Source: an uncultured Nitrososphaerota archaeon (lineage in GTDB: Archaea > Thermoproteota > Nitrososphaeria > Nitrososphaerales > Nitrosopumilaceae). From it: a DNA stretch of 64,000 bases. The position numbers were made by a program, and so were the translations under genes. The notes under the pieces are model-generated. The model was not told the DNA's origin and searched no databases. It was given only the letters and a program-made list of their open reading frames with translations. Shown piece by piece: positions 51,292-62,391 of this stretch. Numbering within the stretch: the first letter of the stretch is position 1; each line of letters opens with the position of its first letter. Location: the NCBI GenBank assembly GCA_963701075.1, contig OY969559.1, positions 320,001 to 384,000 on the forward strand, in the 5' to 3' direction.

Positions 51292-52722
51292 CTAATCTTC
51301 TTTCTCGGTAAAGTCTTTTGTAAAGACCTTCATTGTGGCCAAGTTGATAATTATAGCTATTCCAGGTGTTGGCACTATGCCGCCACTTGCTTGATAGTCA
51401 GTCTGGCTCTGCCAGGCCCCGGAATTGACTATCAACGTTCCCTTGTACATGTCAAGGTCGACAACATGAACATGACCGGAATGAAAGATATCTGGAACTT
51501 CATTTATCACCATAAAATCTTCAAGCTCAGGTGCAATTGGAGTACGCTTCCCATAAATCGGGCTGAGATGCCTTGTCCTCAACAATGCCCGCATTGCCCT
51601 TGCTGGCTGTGCATAGCTTAGGCCCGGAGTAGTTCCTACTACATCATCAAGGCTCTGACCGTGAAACATCAACACCTTTACGCCATTGAGATCCAAAAAG
51701 GCAGGATTTCCTAACATGAAAAAGTTCTCTCTATTCCACAAACTCATATTGTGTTTTTCCGGTATGGCAGGCTGGGGAAGAGCCCTTCTACCTGGATCGT
51801 GGTTGCCAGGAATTATGAATGTCTTGATGTGTTTTGGAATCTTGTCTAGCATTTGGGCAGCCTTTGCCATCTGCTCGTCCATATCCATGATAAGCAACTC
51901 CTTGTCTTGATTTGGAAAGATTCCAATCCCATCAATTATGTCCCCACCTATCAAGAGAAACCTGACCTTTCTTGCTACTGGATCGGGGCTTGAAAGCCAG
52001 GAAATAAAATCTGTAAACTCCTTTTCCATAAAGTACTTGCTACCTATGTGAATATCTGATATCAGGACAGCATACGTCTCAGTCTTTGAGCGATTTGCTA
52101 TATGATCTGGGACGTCTGGGACTAGAAGCTCCTTTGCGATAAATCCGCCATTTTTGCCATTTGTAACGCCCACCATTACAAACTGGTCCATTAAAAGCGA
52201 GTTTGCAGTCTCCTGCAATTCTTGATTCCACACTAGAATCTCTACAGAACCGGTAGGATCATCTACTACTATCTTGGTTACATCTCGCTCGATCTTTCTG
52301 TCCATCAGAAGGCCTGCAACAAACGTCTCCTCGCCAAGCTTACCATCTGTCACATTTTTAATTGGCGTAAGTTTCTTTGCCTGTGATCTCTGCATCATTA
52401 TTTTAAGTAGTTTTGAGTATCTGTCAGAAAAAAGCGCTGTAAAACCATCTATTCCCTCTGCCGACGTGATCTTTTTTGTAGGATCAAACAATATCTCATG
52501 CCTATCCTCAACACTACCATCAACTTCTGACTCTACAAACATTTTGAGGTCGCTCTGATTTATCAAAAACAAGTTTTGCTTTGCCTTTTCACGAACAACC
52601 TGTTTAATTATATTCTGGAGTTCCTTCACATCTATCTTTTCTAATATCTTAAAAGCATCAGGATGAATCTGAAATCCTCTACTTAGGGCATATGTTACTG
52701 CTGAGGACACCTCTTCTTTCAC
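51292..52722 (-). CDS. polB: DNA polymerase D small subunit DP1
   Basis: OB fold, SDIHIGS, GDIIDG, PGNHD, RHLSPIYG, GHVH. Confidence 0.95.
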   Translation of the reverse strand: MKEEVSSAVTYALSRGFQIHPDAFKILEKIDVKELQNIIKQVVREKAKQNLFLINQSDLKMFVESEVDGSVEDRHEILFDPTKKITSAEGIDGFTALFSDRYSKLLKIMMQRSQAKKLTPIKNVTDGKLGEETFVAGLLMDRKIERDVTKIVVDDPTGSVEILVWNQELQETANSLLMDQFVMVGVTNGKNGGFIAKELLVPDVPDHIANRSKTETYAVLISDIHIGSKYFMEKEFTDFISWLSSPDPVARKVRFLLIGGDIIDGIGIFPNQDKELLIMDMDEQMAKAAQMLDKIPKHIKTFIIPGNHDPGRRALPQPAIPEKHNMSLWNRENFFMLGNPAFLDLNGVKVLMFHGQSLDDVVGTTPGLSYAQPARAMRALLRTRHLSPIYGKRTPIAPELEDFMVINEVPDIFHSGHVHVVDLDMYKGTLIVNSGAWQSQTDYQASGGIVPTPGIAIIINLATMKVFTKDFTEKED

Positions 52723-52798
52723 AAACTGTCATAATACAACTTTTAATTAAATCTGTTCGAGCTGTCAACCCTCAAATAACTCCCTTAAAACAAACTCG

Positions 52799-53338
52799 TT
52801 GTTGGTAAAAAGACGAATCTTAATTTTTCTGATCTTCATTGCAATATTTTCAGTTTCATATTCTATTGGCAGTGAAAGCAACATATCCGAAGAAGATTCC
52901 AAGTCATTTGTTAAAGACTTTCAACATACTGTAGAGGGAATCGACGCAATAGGGATTTTTACTCATAACACAACTGTTGCATTGCCCATGTTCCTGCCAG
53001 GCTTTGGAATAGCTTGGGGTTCCTTTGCTGCGTGGTCAACTGGGCTGGCCTTTAAGGCATTGGTATCTACCACACCAGCACTTGCAAAACTTCCACCACT
53101 TGCAATAATCTACCTCTCACCTTTTGGCGTAATGGAGCTAATTGCCTATTCCATTGGAATGTCAAGAAGCTTCATTCTCATCAATACAATACTGAGGAGG
53201 GGAAACCTCAGAGAAATGCTGCGTCCAACAGCAATTGAAATAGGAATTGTGGTTGCATTGTTACTGGCCGCAGCATTCATTGAATATGCCATGATTCAAG
53301 AATTTGGATCGGCATTGGTTCATCCCAAAACGCACTAG
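52799..53338 (+). CDS. SpoIIM/DUF95-like membrane protein
   Basis: IFTHN, PFGVMELIAY, LLLAAAFIE. Confidence 0.8.
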   Translation: MLVKRRILIFLIFIAIFSVSYSIGSESNISEEDSKSFVKDFQHTVEGIDAIGIFTHNTTVALPMFLPGFGIAWGSFAAWSTGLAFKALVSTTPALAKLPPLAIIYLSPFGVMELIAYSIGMSRSFILINTILRRGNLREMLRPTAIEIGIVVALLLAAAFIEYAMIQEFGSALVHPKTH

Positions 53339-53373
53339 ATTCATTTTTATTTTAAAACAAAACAGTCAAGGTA

Positions 53374-54108
53374 ATGCTCGGTCTTAAAATTCACACACTT
53401 CCAAAACTAAACAAGCCCATAATGATAACTGCACTTCCAGACATGGGAAACGTTGCTGGAATTGGAATGGATTTTCTTGTAAAAAAACTAAAAGCAAAAC
53501 TATTTGCAGAGATCTATGCGTTCTGGCCGCCAGCAGTCTCATATGAACAAGGGCTGATAAAATATGATCAATCAAGCTACAAATTTCATTATTCACAAAA
53601 GGAAAACATTGTGTTCTTTTCAGGAGAGTTTAATCCCTCTGATCCCCGACGTCTTTACGAACTGTGCTATGAGGTAGTTGGCATGGCAAAAAAACTCAAA
53701 GTAAGTACGCTTTATTCCATTGGAGCTATCTTGAGGCAACCAAGTCCTGCCGAACCAAAATTATTTGCTGCCGCAACAACACCAAAATACCTAAACTTGT
53801 TAAAGAAGAAAAATTTAGAACTGCTCAATACGCAAGGCCAGATAACTGGCTTCAATGGGTTGGTATTAGGAATTGCAAAGGAAAAGCAGCTTGACAGCAT
53901 TTGCATTCTGGGAGAAATAGACAATCCAAACGTCATTCAACCAAGGTCAGCTAAACTAATACTTGCAAAACTTTTGCAAGTTCTAGAGCTTGGACCGCTG
54001 GACATGAAAGAACTAGACGAGGAGGAAAAGAGAAAACAGTTCATGGAACAACAAATGAGCTACATGAATGGACTAGCGAAAAGAGATAATCAACCGGGAA
54101 TTGCCTAA
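53374..54108 (+). CDS. PAC2-family proteasome assembly chaperone
   Basis: LPDMGNVAGI, LYSIG, ITGFNGLVLG, ICILGE. Confidence 0.88.
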   Translation: MLGLKIHTLPKLNKPIMITALPDMGNVAGIGMDFLVKKLKAKLFAEIYAFWPPAVSYEQGLIKYDQSSYKFHYSQKENIVFFSGEFNPSDPRRLYELCYEVVGMAKKLKVSTLYSIGAILRQPSPAEPKLFAAATTPKYLNLLKKKNLELLNTQGQITGFNGLVLGIAKEKQLDSICILGEIDNPNVIQPRSAKLILAKLLQVLELGPLDMKELDEEEKRKQFMEQQMSYMNGLAKRDNQPGIA

Positions 54109-54165
54109 TTGTTTGAAGAAATTATACCCAGCCATTAAATACGAGTTTTGAGTTTAGCTAATCAA

Positions 54166-55869
54166 ATGAGGTCCAGTGTACTATCGCTAATTGCAATTAC
54201 GGGATTTCTAGTCATACTCTGCTTTCCTTCTAACGCATATTCTGATTTTGTATCTAGCGATGCATATCTGATCCAGGCCACAGGTTTTGTAGCCGGGACA
54301 CAAAACATTCTTGATTCCACATTTGACATACAACTAACTGCGGGCACTCAAAGTGGAAGCAGCATACTTTCTACACTAGATAATGGCATTGTTACAATTA
54401 ATGGCGATAACTATCTCAATTCTGGTAATTGGACAACCACCCTGTTACGAGATGGAAAATTTTTGCTTCTTAAAGGAAATGCACAGGACCAGAACGGCAA
54501 TACCATACAGATCAATCTCTTTGGAAGACAGATACAAAGCAATCAAAACGGTGTTGTTTACAGCATTACTGGCAAGATAATAGGTTCAGAGACATTCAGA
54601 GTTATTTACAGCGCAAAAATAATCGCTGCTGGAACATACACCCCGCCTGTCACTTCGCCAACCTCACAAACAACACCCACGCCACAACAGAATCAAACAC
54701 AATCAAATGTTGTGAGAATAAGTATAGTTTCTGGCGCATCCAATCCAACTAACCAGCTCTTCTTCTCTCCCTCAGTTACCACAGTAACTCCCGGCACTAC
54801 AATAATTTGGACCAACAATGACAACGTACCTCATACAATAATGAGCGGGGTGGCATCTGTTAATGGTGGGAATGCTTCCGCGCCAACATTTACTTCTGAC
54901 GGAATGATAAACAGTGGCACCATAGCTCCTGGCAAATCTTTTCAATACACCATAACCAGTTTTAATCCCAAAGCCTATCTTAGTGCATCAGCAGCACAAT
55001 ACCTGAATTTACCGGCAGATCAAACTACTGGCGATATCACATTCTTTGATCCTAACTATACATGGATGATAGGAGTGATAAGCCCCATGTCAGTCTCAAC
55101 TCAAACACAAACAGTCCAGATCAACATATTGCCGGGGGCATCAACTGCCACAACTAATCAATACATATCTCCATCTTCTGTACAAGTTACACCAGGCTCT
55201 ACAATTGTTTGGGTAAATCAAGACTCTGTTGCACACAGAATCTTGAGCGGTCAACAACAATCTACAACATTTGGTACTACTGGAAAGCCGATCCTCACAG
55301 CGCCAGCATTTAATCCTGATGGACATATTGACACTGGCACCATAGCTCCGGGCCAAAGCGTCAAGATCACAGTATCAGGAACAGGCCAATTTGCTTTTTA
55401 CGATCCATCAAATACATGGCTAAATGGTAACATTCTTTCGGTTTCACAAATACCCTCATCGTCAATACCGCCAGTGCAAGTAAGCATTTTACCGGGATCA
55501 TCAACAGCCCAAGGATCTTCCTCCCAACAAAATCAAAACTATGTTAATGGATATTATTCTCCTGACCAAATCCAGATTGTACCAGGCACTACAATAATTT
55601 GGACAAACAATGACTCTATTGCTCATTCAATATGGAGCGGTACCGCCACCTACAGACCAATTAATCCATACGTTCCAGACGGCAAGATAAAGAGTGGCTC
55701 AATAGCTCCGGGCCAAACCTTCCAGGTCACCATTAATGATACTGGAATCACTAGGTTCTATGATCCGTCATATACATGGATGAATGGTATGATTGTCTCA
55801 CTCCCATCCACGCAAACTCATACCCTCAACTCTGCAACATATACGGGCCCAACGCCAGTCCTTCACTAG
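54166..55869 (+). CDS. Secreted protein with three cupredoxin/plastocyanin-like domains
   Basis: Signal peptide; three copies of SP..V.PG.TI.W.N.D...H.I.SG...G.I.PG..F...F.DP...W..G. Confidence 0.85.
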   Translation: MRSSVLSLIAITGFLVILCFPSNAYSDFVSSDAYLIQATGFVAGTQNILDSTFDIQLTAGTQSGSSILSTLDNGIVTINGDNYLNSGNWTTTLLRDGKFLLLKGNAQDQNGNTIQINLFGRQIQSNQNGVVYSITGKIIGSETFRVIYSAKIIAAGTYTPPVTSPTSQTTPTPQQNQTQSNVVRISIVSGASNPTNQLFFSPSVTTVTPGTTIIWTNNDNVPHTIMSGVASVNGGNASAPTFTSDGMINSGTIAPGKSFQYTITSFNPKAYLSASAAQYLNLPADQTTGDITFFDPNYTWMIGVISPMSVSTQTQTVQINILPGASTATTNQYISPSSVQVTPGSTIVWVNQDSVAHRILSGQQQSTTFGTTGKPILTAPAFNPDGHIDTGTIAPGQSVKITVSGTGQFAFYDPSNTWLNGNILSVSQIPSSSIPPVQVSILPGSSTAQGSSSQQNQNYVNGYYSPDQIQIVPGTTIIWTNNDSIAHSIWSGTATYRPINPYVPDGKIKSGSIAPGQTFQVTINDTGITRFYDPSYTWMNGMIVSLPSTQTHTLNSATYTGPTPVLH

Positions 55870-55880
55870 ATGGTATAGTG

Positions 55881-56582
55881 CTACTTGAAGTTGATATATG
55901 ATTCCAGCCTTGTCTGATCAAATACCATTACGGAAAGATCAGAGAACTGCTTTCCTTCCAAATCTTTTACGGTTCCAACAAAACAAGTCTCCTTCTCGGT
56001 TGTGAGAAATTCAAAAACATGCACCTTCATACTTGAGGTGTCAAACCCGTGATTTTTCAGGTAAACTGCAATTTCTGACTGCATAAAGTGCTTGGATGGT
56101 TCCTTAGGCCATGGGCGTGGTACCAGCACCACGCTCAATCCATCTATTAGCGCTTTTTGGAGTTCAAGTTTCTTCTCTTCAATGCTTGTTGATATGTGCA
56201 TAGTTATGACTCTGCTTTTGTCCAGTGGCACTTTTGCCTTTGATGCAGCTACCTGCACTGAGCTTATACCTGGAATCACCTGCACATCCCCAAAAATCTC
56301 AATTAATCTGTCAACAACCTCTGATTCGGAAAAGTTCACATCTCCTGTAAATGGCACAACACAAGTCTTGGTTCCAAGCGATTTTGAGACCTTTTGATAC
56401 ACATCTTCTTGGTCTTGCATCGTGATCTCATGTACTTCTTTATTTTTTGTTAGCTCTTCAATTGTTTTGAGCGTGTACTTGTAACCTATTATGATATCGG
56501 AATTTGTTACAATCTCCTTTACTACATCTGTAACATATTTTGGTGAGCCGGGCCCCACTCCCACTGCAAAAACCTTTCCCAT
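55881..56582 (-). CDS. cbiE: Precorrin-6Y C5-methyltransferase (CbiE-like tetrapyrrole methylase)
   Basis: VGVGPGSP, TGD, VIPGISSVQVAA, FSDLSVMV. Confidence 0.8.
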   Translation of the reverse strand: MGKVFAVGVGPGSPKYVTDVVKEIVTNSDIIIGYKYTLKTIEELTKNKEVHEITMQDQEDVYQKVSKSLGTKTCVVPFTGDVNFSESEVVDRLIEIFGDVQVIPGISSVQVAASKAKVPLDKSRVITMHISTSIEEKKLELQKALIDGLSVVLVPRPWPKEPSKHFMQSEIAVYLKNHGFDTSSMKVHVFEFLTTEKETCFVGTVKDLEGKQFSDLSVMVFDQTRLESYINFK

Positions 56583-56666
56583 TGTGACATCTTTTGCAAC
56601 GTTCAATATAATTCACAATTTGAGAATCACAGTTAGCTTTTATTTGCCGGTCCAAAATATTTATCA

Positions 56667-57342
56667 TTGAATGCCAGAATAATCTCAGCCGTTTTCTTTT
56701 TACTCCTAGTTCAGCTTTGTTCCAGATTCCTTTGCTGCATCACAAAACTCTACACTAGACTCTGAGGGAAACTATGCAAATCCATCCCTTGGTATAACAT
56801 TTCAGGCTCCCGGCGGCTGGACAGTAGAGGAGCCGAAAAAATCCCAACCCAATGCGCCAGACATTGCAGTGATAACTCCTTATTCAAATGGATTTCCATC
56901 CTCGATCTCATTTAATGTTGAGAAGGCAAATGGAACGTCACTTGATGATTATGTCCAAGATAAAATTAATCAATTGACCAGTGGCAACCAATCAAACAAC
57001 ATTGCAGTTCTGTCAGAGCAAAATGGAACCATAGACGGGTTTGCTGCCAAGACATCAATGCTCCAAGAAAATTTTACTCTACAAAATGGCAGCAATGTTA
57101 TAAAATTCAAGCAAGTAATTGTGCTGGCAAATGATGAATTTTATACAATAACCTATGCAAATGAGGCAAAAAACTTTGACAGCGATCTGGCAAGCTATGA
57201 CCAGCTATTAGGCTCCATCCAGTTTGTAAACAATGACACGTCTTCCTGGCTTGACTATGTTTCTATTGGCATAGCAGCTGGCGCGCTAATTGTGGGCCTG
57301 GTCTTGATTAAAAGAAAAAGAAAACAATTGCAAAAAAACTAG
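56667..57342 (+). CDS. PsbP-like domain membrane protein; one extra base near 56709
   Basis: Signal peptide from TTG 56667, then YANPSLGITFQAPGGW.. in frame with ORF 56869-57342; C-terminal TM plus KRKRK. Confidence 0.7.
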
Positions 57343-57517
57343 GCAACCTGCATTTATAAAAACCCCTGAAAAATCCATTTTTTCATTGTAATAAAAGATC
57401 GGGCGCGCTAGATTTGGGCCAATAAACGGGTCTTCTAAAAAGGCCTTGTATCTACAATCATTCCAATCCTCTGTAAATGAGCGAAAGATAAAATACCGTA
57501 TTGTGGAGAAATAGAGT

Positions 57518-57838
57518 ATGAAGAAAGAGTACATTGTAGTAAGGATCGAGGGTTCTACCGACGGTGCGCCGTATGTAGTGATCTCACTGTCCTCATCTAA
57601 AGAATTCAAAGAGCAAAACAGTACTCCAATGTCCCCCTTTGGCTCTGGTGTTATGGGGTTTACCAACATGGATGACATGATAAAAGGCCTCAACAAAATG
57701 ATGGCAGGAGGAATGGGAGCCATGGGTGGCGGAATTACCTCTATTAAACTAGATATGCACGAATACAAGGAACTAAACCTATCAGTAGGAGACAAGGTGT
57801 ATCTGGAAATAACAAGAGCAGAGTCTCTTGGAATCTAG
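57518..57838 (+). CDS. Hypothetical protein
   Basis: 106 aa ORF, Gly/Met-rich central loop, YKELNLSVGDKVYLEI. Confidence 0.75.
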   Translation: MKKEYIVVRIEGSTDGAPYVVISLSSSKEFKEQNSTPMSPFGSGVMGFTNMDDMIKGLNKMMAGGMGAMGGGITSIKLDMHEYKELNLSVGDKVYLEITRAESLGI

Positions 57839-57854
57839 GAATCGGCACTAGTTT

Positions 57855-58517
57855 TTATCTGGAGATCTCTCCGCGCAAGATCTCATATGCCTTTGCAGCG
57901 TCCTTTTCATGCAATACCAGAATGATATCGTCCTGGCCAAAAAAGGCATTAACAAGTTCAATTCCGTTATCATGAAGAATTTCTGATACGTACGATACTA
58001 CGTCTGATTCATTTCCAGACTGAGGGATGTGAATGCTTATCTTTGCAAGCCCGGTTTGGAAGAAATTCTTGTGTGAAGAAAAGGATTCAAGCAATTTTCT
58101 GACATCACTAATGTCTTCAGTTAAGAACCTAAACGAGTCTGTAAATCTGAAAAATTCGTAATCTGGATCAATTCGAGTAAATCCATCCATTAACGCCACT
58201 GCGTCCTCCATCGCAAAATCCTGTGAGGAGAATTTGATATCTAGTATTCCATCTGTAAGCGAGAGCCTGGCATTTTTTAGCGCAGACTCGCTTTGTACGT
58301 CGTCCTTTTTCTCAAAGGAATCTGCATATCTTTTGATTGCCACAACAATCGTGTTGAGGTTTACAGGGCCGCCCATCTGGGCTTCCACTTCTTTTTGGAT
58401 TTTGACAGCAAGTGCTGTATAATTTACCAGGTCCATCTTGACACAATCGTAAATTGATCTATTTTTTGTGATTATTTCTCGTACCGTATCGGGAACCGAA
58501 AGACTAGCTGTACGCAT
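57855..58517 (-). CDS. ACT-domain-containing protein
   Basis: LVNYTALA N-terminal motif; C-terminal ACT-like domain. Confidence 0.8.
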   Translation of the reverse strand: MRTASLSVPDTVREIITKNRSIYDCVKMDLVNYTALAVKIQKEVEAQMGGPVNLNTIVVAIKRYADSFEKKDDVQSESALKNARLSLTDGILDIKFSSQDFAMEDAVALMDGFTRIDPDYEFFRFTDSFRFLTEDISDVRKLLESFSSHKNFFQTGLAKISIHIPQSGNESDVVSYVSEILHDNGIELVNAFFGQDDIILVLHEKDAAKAYEILRGEISR

Positions 58518-58592
58518 ACAATGAGATTTATTACTGTCAGCTATATTAGTTTATGTAATAATTGGGCATAGAAATCTCATAAACTTTATATA

Positions 58593-59129
58593 ATGTCAGA
58601 GGTATTACATACCATGGGAAATTATGACATGATAGAATCAGACGAGTTCGACAACCTCTTCCAAAGAATGATGCGACCTTTCAAAGAACTAGACGATGTA
58701 TGGAACGAGATGCAAGATTCTTCAAACATGCAGACATTTGGTCCGTATTACTATGGTTACTCTGTAACAGTAGGGCCTGATGGCAAACCTGTAGTAAAAG
58801 AGTACGGAAACGCAAGACCAAGTCTTCTTCCAACCGCAGAGACAAGAGAACCTCTTGCCGATGTAATTGTAGATGACAAAGAAAAGGCCCTGAAAATTGT
58901 GGCCGAGATGCCAGGCGTTGAAAAGAAAGACATCAAGATCGAAGTAGTAGGACGCACGATCTTAATCGATGCAGAACACGAAGAAAGAAAATACCATACC
59001 AAGATACCCATCAAACACAAGGTCGATGAAAATTCTGTCAAGGCAACTTATGCCAACGGAATTCTTGAAGTAAAATTCCAGCTAAAGGAAGAGGAACGAC
59101 CAAAAGGAAAAACTGTGGAGGTTGAATAA
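58593..59129 (+). CDS. Small heat-shock protein Hsp20
   Basis: YYGYSVTVGPDGKP, AEMPGVEK, KATYANGILEV. Confidence 0.93.
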   Translation: MSEVLHTMGNYDMIESDEFDNLFQRMMRPFKELDDVWNEMQDSSNMQTFGPYYYGYSVTVGPDGKPVVKEYGNARPSLLPTAETREPLADVIVDDKEKALKIVAEMPGVEKKDIKIEVVGRTILIDAEHEERKYHTKIPIKHKVDENSVKATYANGILEVKFQLKEEERPKGKTVEVE

Positions 59130-59159
59130 ACTTCCTTTATTTTTTATGGTGATTAAATT

Positions 59160-61301
59160 ATGAGCGAAATAACATTAAGAATAGCAGAGGCGTCACAGAG
59201 ACATGTAGGTAAAGGCATTGCCGTAGTTGATCCTAAAGTTGTTGAAGACAACAACTGGGAACCCGGCAATATCTTGGAACTGGTGGGAAATAGGAAAAGT
59301 CATACAAAACTATGGCCTGGCTCTTCTGAACAATATGGGACTGGAATAATAAAGATAGATGGAACTACAAGACAAAACATTGGTGCAGGAATTGGCGAAA
59401 AAATTTCTGTAAAAAAAGTTGACGTGCAGCAAGCAAAACAAGTAACAGTATCTCCAATTGAAAAACTCAGTGCAGAAGGCTTGCAAGAATACATGCAGGC
59501 AAACTACATCGGCCATGTACTAACTATTGGTGACACCCTTATAGTGACAACACAACTTGGTGGAAAAACCCAGCTTGTGATAACAAGTGCTACACCATCT
59601 GGAAAACCTGTTGTGGTCACAGAGGAGACTGAATTCAAACTGGGCTCTATGACTAAAGCCATTGACAACTCTGTACCTAGGATTACATATGATGACTTGG
59701 GAGGCCTCAAAAATGAGGTGCAAAAGATACGTGAAATGATAGAACTTCCCATGCGACATCCGGAATTATTTGAGAAAATTGGAGTTGAGGCGCCAAAGGG
59801 AGTTTTACTTTATGGACCACCAGGAACAGGAAAGACGCTCATTGCAAAAGCCGTTGCAGGCGAGACCAATTCTCACTTTATCTCAATTAGCGGTCCTGAA
59901 ATAATAGGTAAATTTTATGGTGAGAGCGAGGAAAGACTGCGTGAATTATTCAAGCAGGCAGAAGAAAATACGCCAAGCATAATTTTCATAGATGAAGTTG
60001 ACTCGATTGCTCCAAAACGAGAGGAAGTAACAGGCGAGGTAGAAAAAAGAGTGGTATCTCAGTTATTGACATTAATGGACGGAATGAAATCACGAGGAAA
60101 AGTTGTAGTAATTGCCGCCACCAACAGGCCTGACTCAATTGATCCTGCGCTTAGAAGGCCCGGAAGATTTGATCGTGAAATTGAGATAGGAATACCAGAT
60201 GCAGCTGGAAGAAAAGAGATACTTGATATCCATACACGAGGAATGCCGCTTGAAAAGAAAGTCAACTTGGAACAAATTGCCAGGGTGACTCATGGATTTG
60301 TCGGAGCAGACCTTGAGATTCTTGCAAAAGAAGCTGCAATGAGATCCCTGCGAAGAATATTGCCTGACATTGATTTAGAAGAAGAAAAGATTCCCGCCGA
60401 AGTTTTACAAAAGATTGTGATTACTGAGAGCGACTTTAAGGATGCACTAAAAGAGGTAAGGCCATCTGCACTAAGGGAAGTTCTAGTCCAAGTCCCCAAT
60501 GTTACATGGGAAGATGTTGGCGGGCTGGAATCACTGAAGGATGAACTTCACGAGGCAGTAGAGTGGCCTCTAAAACACAAGGAGGCATTTGAATATACAG
60601 ATCTAAAAGCACCAAAGGGAGTTTTACTTTATGGACCGCCAGGAACAGGAAAGACGCTAATTGCAAAGGCAGTAGCACATACAACAGAATCTAATTTCAT
60701 AAGCATCAAGGGACCCGAACTATTATCAAAGTGGGTTGGGGAATCAGAAAAAGGCATACGTGAAGTCTTCAGGAAAGCACGCCAGGCTGCCCCATGCATA
60801 ATATTTCTCGATGAGATGGATTCTCTTGCCCCAAGCAGAAGCTCTGGCGGCTCTGACTCGCATGTTACAGAAAGAATAGTATCTCAACTCTTGACAGAGA
60901 TTGACGGTCTTGAGGAATTGCACAATGTGTTGGTGATTGGAGTGACTAACAGAGTAGACTTGATAGACAGTGCATTGCTAAGGCCTGGAAGATTTGACAG
61001 GATATTGGAAGTACCATTACCAGACTCTAAAGGCCGTGAGAATATCTTTAAGATACACACCAAAAACAAGCCGCTTGCAAATGGTATAGACATTGCAAAA
61101 CTTGTAGAACTTGCTGATGGGTTCAGCGGTGCAGAAATTGAGGGCGTATGCAACAGAGCTGCGATGAGTGCAATAAGGAGATACGTCAACAAGGCAGAAA
61201 AATCTGTCAAGTCGATCAAGATAACTCAGGAAGACCTTGAAAACGCAATTGAAAAATTACGACCAGGAAAGGTCACGCCGCGCCAAGCTGTTACATTATA
61301 G
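59160..61301 (+). CDS. cdc48: Cdc48/VCP-family AAA+ ATPase
   Basis: N domain plus two AAA modules (GPPGTGKT twice, RPGRFDR twice). Confidence 0.96.
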   Translation: MSEITLRIAEASQRHVGKGIAVVDPKVVEDNNWEPGNILELVGNRKSHTKLWPGSSEQYGTGIIKIDGTTRQNIGAGIGEKISVKKVDVQQAKQVTVSPIEKLSAEGLQEYMQANYIGHVLTIGDTLIVTTQLGGKTQLVITSATPSGKPVVVTEETEFKLGSMTKAIDNSVPRITYDDLGGLKNEVQKIREMIELPMRHPELFEKIGVEAPKGVLLYGPPGTGKTLIAKAVAGETNSHFISISGPEIIGKFYGESEERLRELFKQAEENTPSIIFIDEVDSIAPKREEVTGEVEKRVVSQLLTLMDGMKSRGKVVVIAATNRPDSIDPALRRPGRFDREIEIGIPDAAGRKEILDIHTRGMPLEKKVNLEQIARVTHGFVGADLEILAKEAAMRSLRRILPDIDLEEEKIPAEVLQKIVITESDFKDALKEVRPSALREVLVQVPNVTWEDVGGLESLKDELHEAVEWPLKHKEAFEYTDLKAPKGVLLYGPPGTGKTLIAKAVAHTTESNFISIKGPELLSKWVGESEKGIREVFRKARQAAPCIIFLDEMDSLAPSRSSGGSDSHVTERIVSQLLTEIDGLEELHNVLVIGVTNRVDLIDSALLRPGRFDRILEVPLPDSKGRENIFKIHTKNKPLANGIDIAKLVELADGFSGAEIEGVCNRAAMSAIRRYVNKAEKSVKSIKITQEDLENAIEKLRPGKVTPRQAVTL

Positions 61302-61320
61302 CTTATATGATTAAATCGAG

Positions 61321-62391
61321 TTGATACAAGCAACGGCAAAAGAAGCAGTCCTTTATCAGAAACTACCTGATGATAAGGTAAGATGTACAGCTTGCGCTAG
61401 GTATTGTGAAATTGGAAAAAACCAGATAGGTCTTTGCGGTATAAGGGCAAACAACAACGGCAGACTTGATCTTTTGGCATACGGCAAAGTAATAACTGGT
61501 CATGTTGATCCAATCGAGAAAAAACCTGTAACTCACTACAGGCCGGGGTCTAGCATATTTTCAATTGCAACCACTGGCTGCAATTGGCTTTGCAAATATT
61601 GCCAGAATTATGATATCAGTCAGCGAAGAAAAATCGAGGGAGTTGACATGACCCCCGAAGAGGTAGTAAATCTTGCCGTAAGCTCAGGCTCTCAAGGAAT
61701 TGCCTACACATACAACCAACCATCAATATTCATCGAGTTTGCAAGAGACTGTGGAGTCATTGCAAGAAAAAATGGGTTATTCAATATCTTTGTATCAAAT
61801 GGCTATGACACTCCAGACACCGTAAAGATGATGGATGAGTTCCTTGACTGCATAACGGTAGACTTTAAGGGAAATGCAGAACCGCAATTTACTCGAAAAT
61901 ACATTGGTGTTCCAGATCCACAACCAATCTTTGATACTCTCAAGGAAATAAGGAACAAGACCAAGATTCATGTGGAGATAACTGACTTGGTGGTTCCCCA
62001 AGTAGGTGATAACCTGGAATATGCAGCTAAACTTTGCAAATTTATCTACAATGAATTTGGACCTGACATGCCAATTCACTTTCTAAGATTTCATCCAGAT
62101 TACAAGATGATGGAATTTGAATCAACACCGATTAAGACACTTGAAAAACACCATGAAATAGCAAAAAAAGAGGGTCTCAACTATGCGTATCTGGGAAATG
62201 TTCCAGGACACCATCTTGAGCATACATACTGCCCAGAATGCAAAAAAATTGTGGTAAAAAGATATGGCTTTGATATTCAAGAGTACAATCTTGACGATAA
62301 CAATAACTGCAAATTCTGTGGCAATAAAATAGCAATAGAAGGAAAGCTGGCAGAAAATTACAAGCAAAATAGATTTCAGTTTGTACTCTAG
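61321..62391 (+). CDS. AmmeMemoRadiSam-system radical SAM enzyme
   Basis: VDPIEKKP, GCNWLCKYCQN, AYTYNQP, RFHPDY, YLGNVPG. Confidence 0.9.
   Translation: MIQATAKEAVLYQKLPDDKVRCTACARYCEIGKNQIGLCGIRANNNGRLDLLAYGKVITGHVDPIEKKPVTHYRPGSSIFSIATTGCNWLCKYCQNYDISQRRKIEGVDMTPEEVVNLAVSSGSQGIAYTYNQPSIFIEFARDCGVIARKNGLFNIFVSNGYDTPDTVKMMDEFLDCITVDFKGNAEPQFTRKYIGVPDPQPIFDTLKEIRNKTKIHVEITDLVVPQVGDNLEYAAKLCKFIYNEFGPDMPIHFLRFHPDYKMMEFESTPIKTLEKHHEIAKKEGLNYAYLGNVPGHHLEHTYCPECKKIVVKRYGFDIQEYNLDDNNNCKFCGNKIAIEGKLAENYKQNRFQFVL

Noticed and set aside
57390-57485. GC-richer intergenic patch with possible hairpins
   Set aside because: Only short, mismatch-rich stems found by eye; too weak to call
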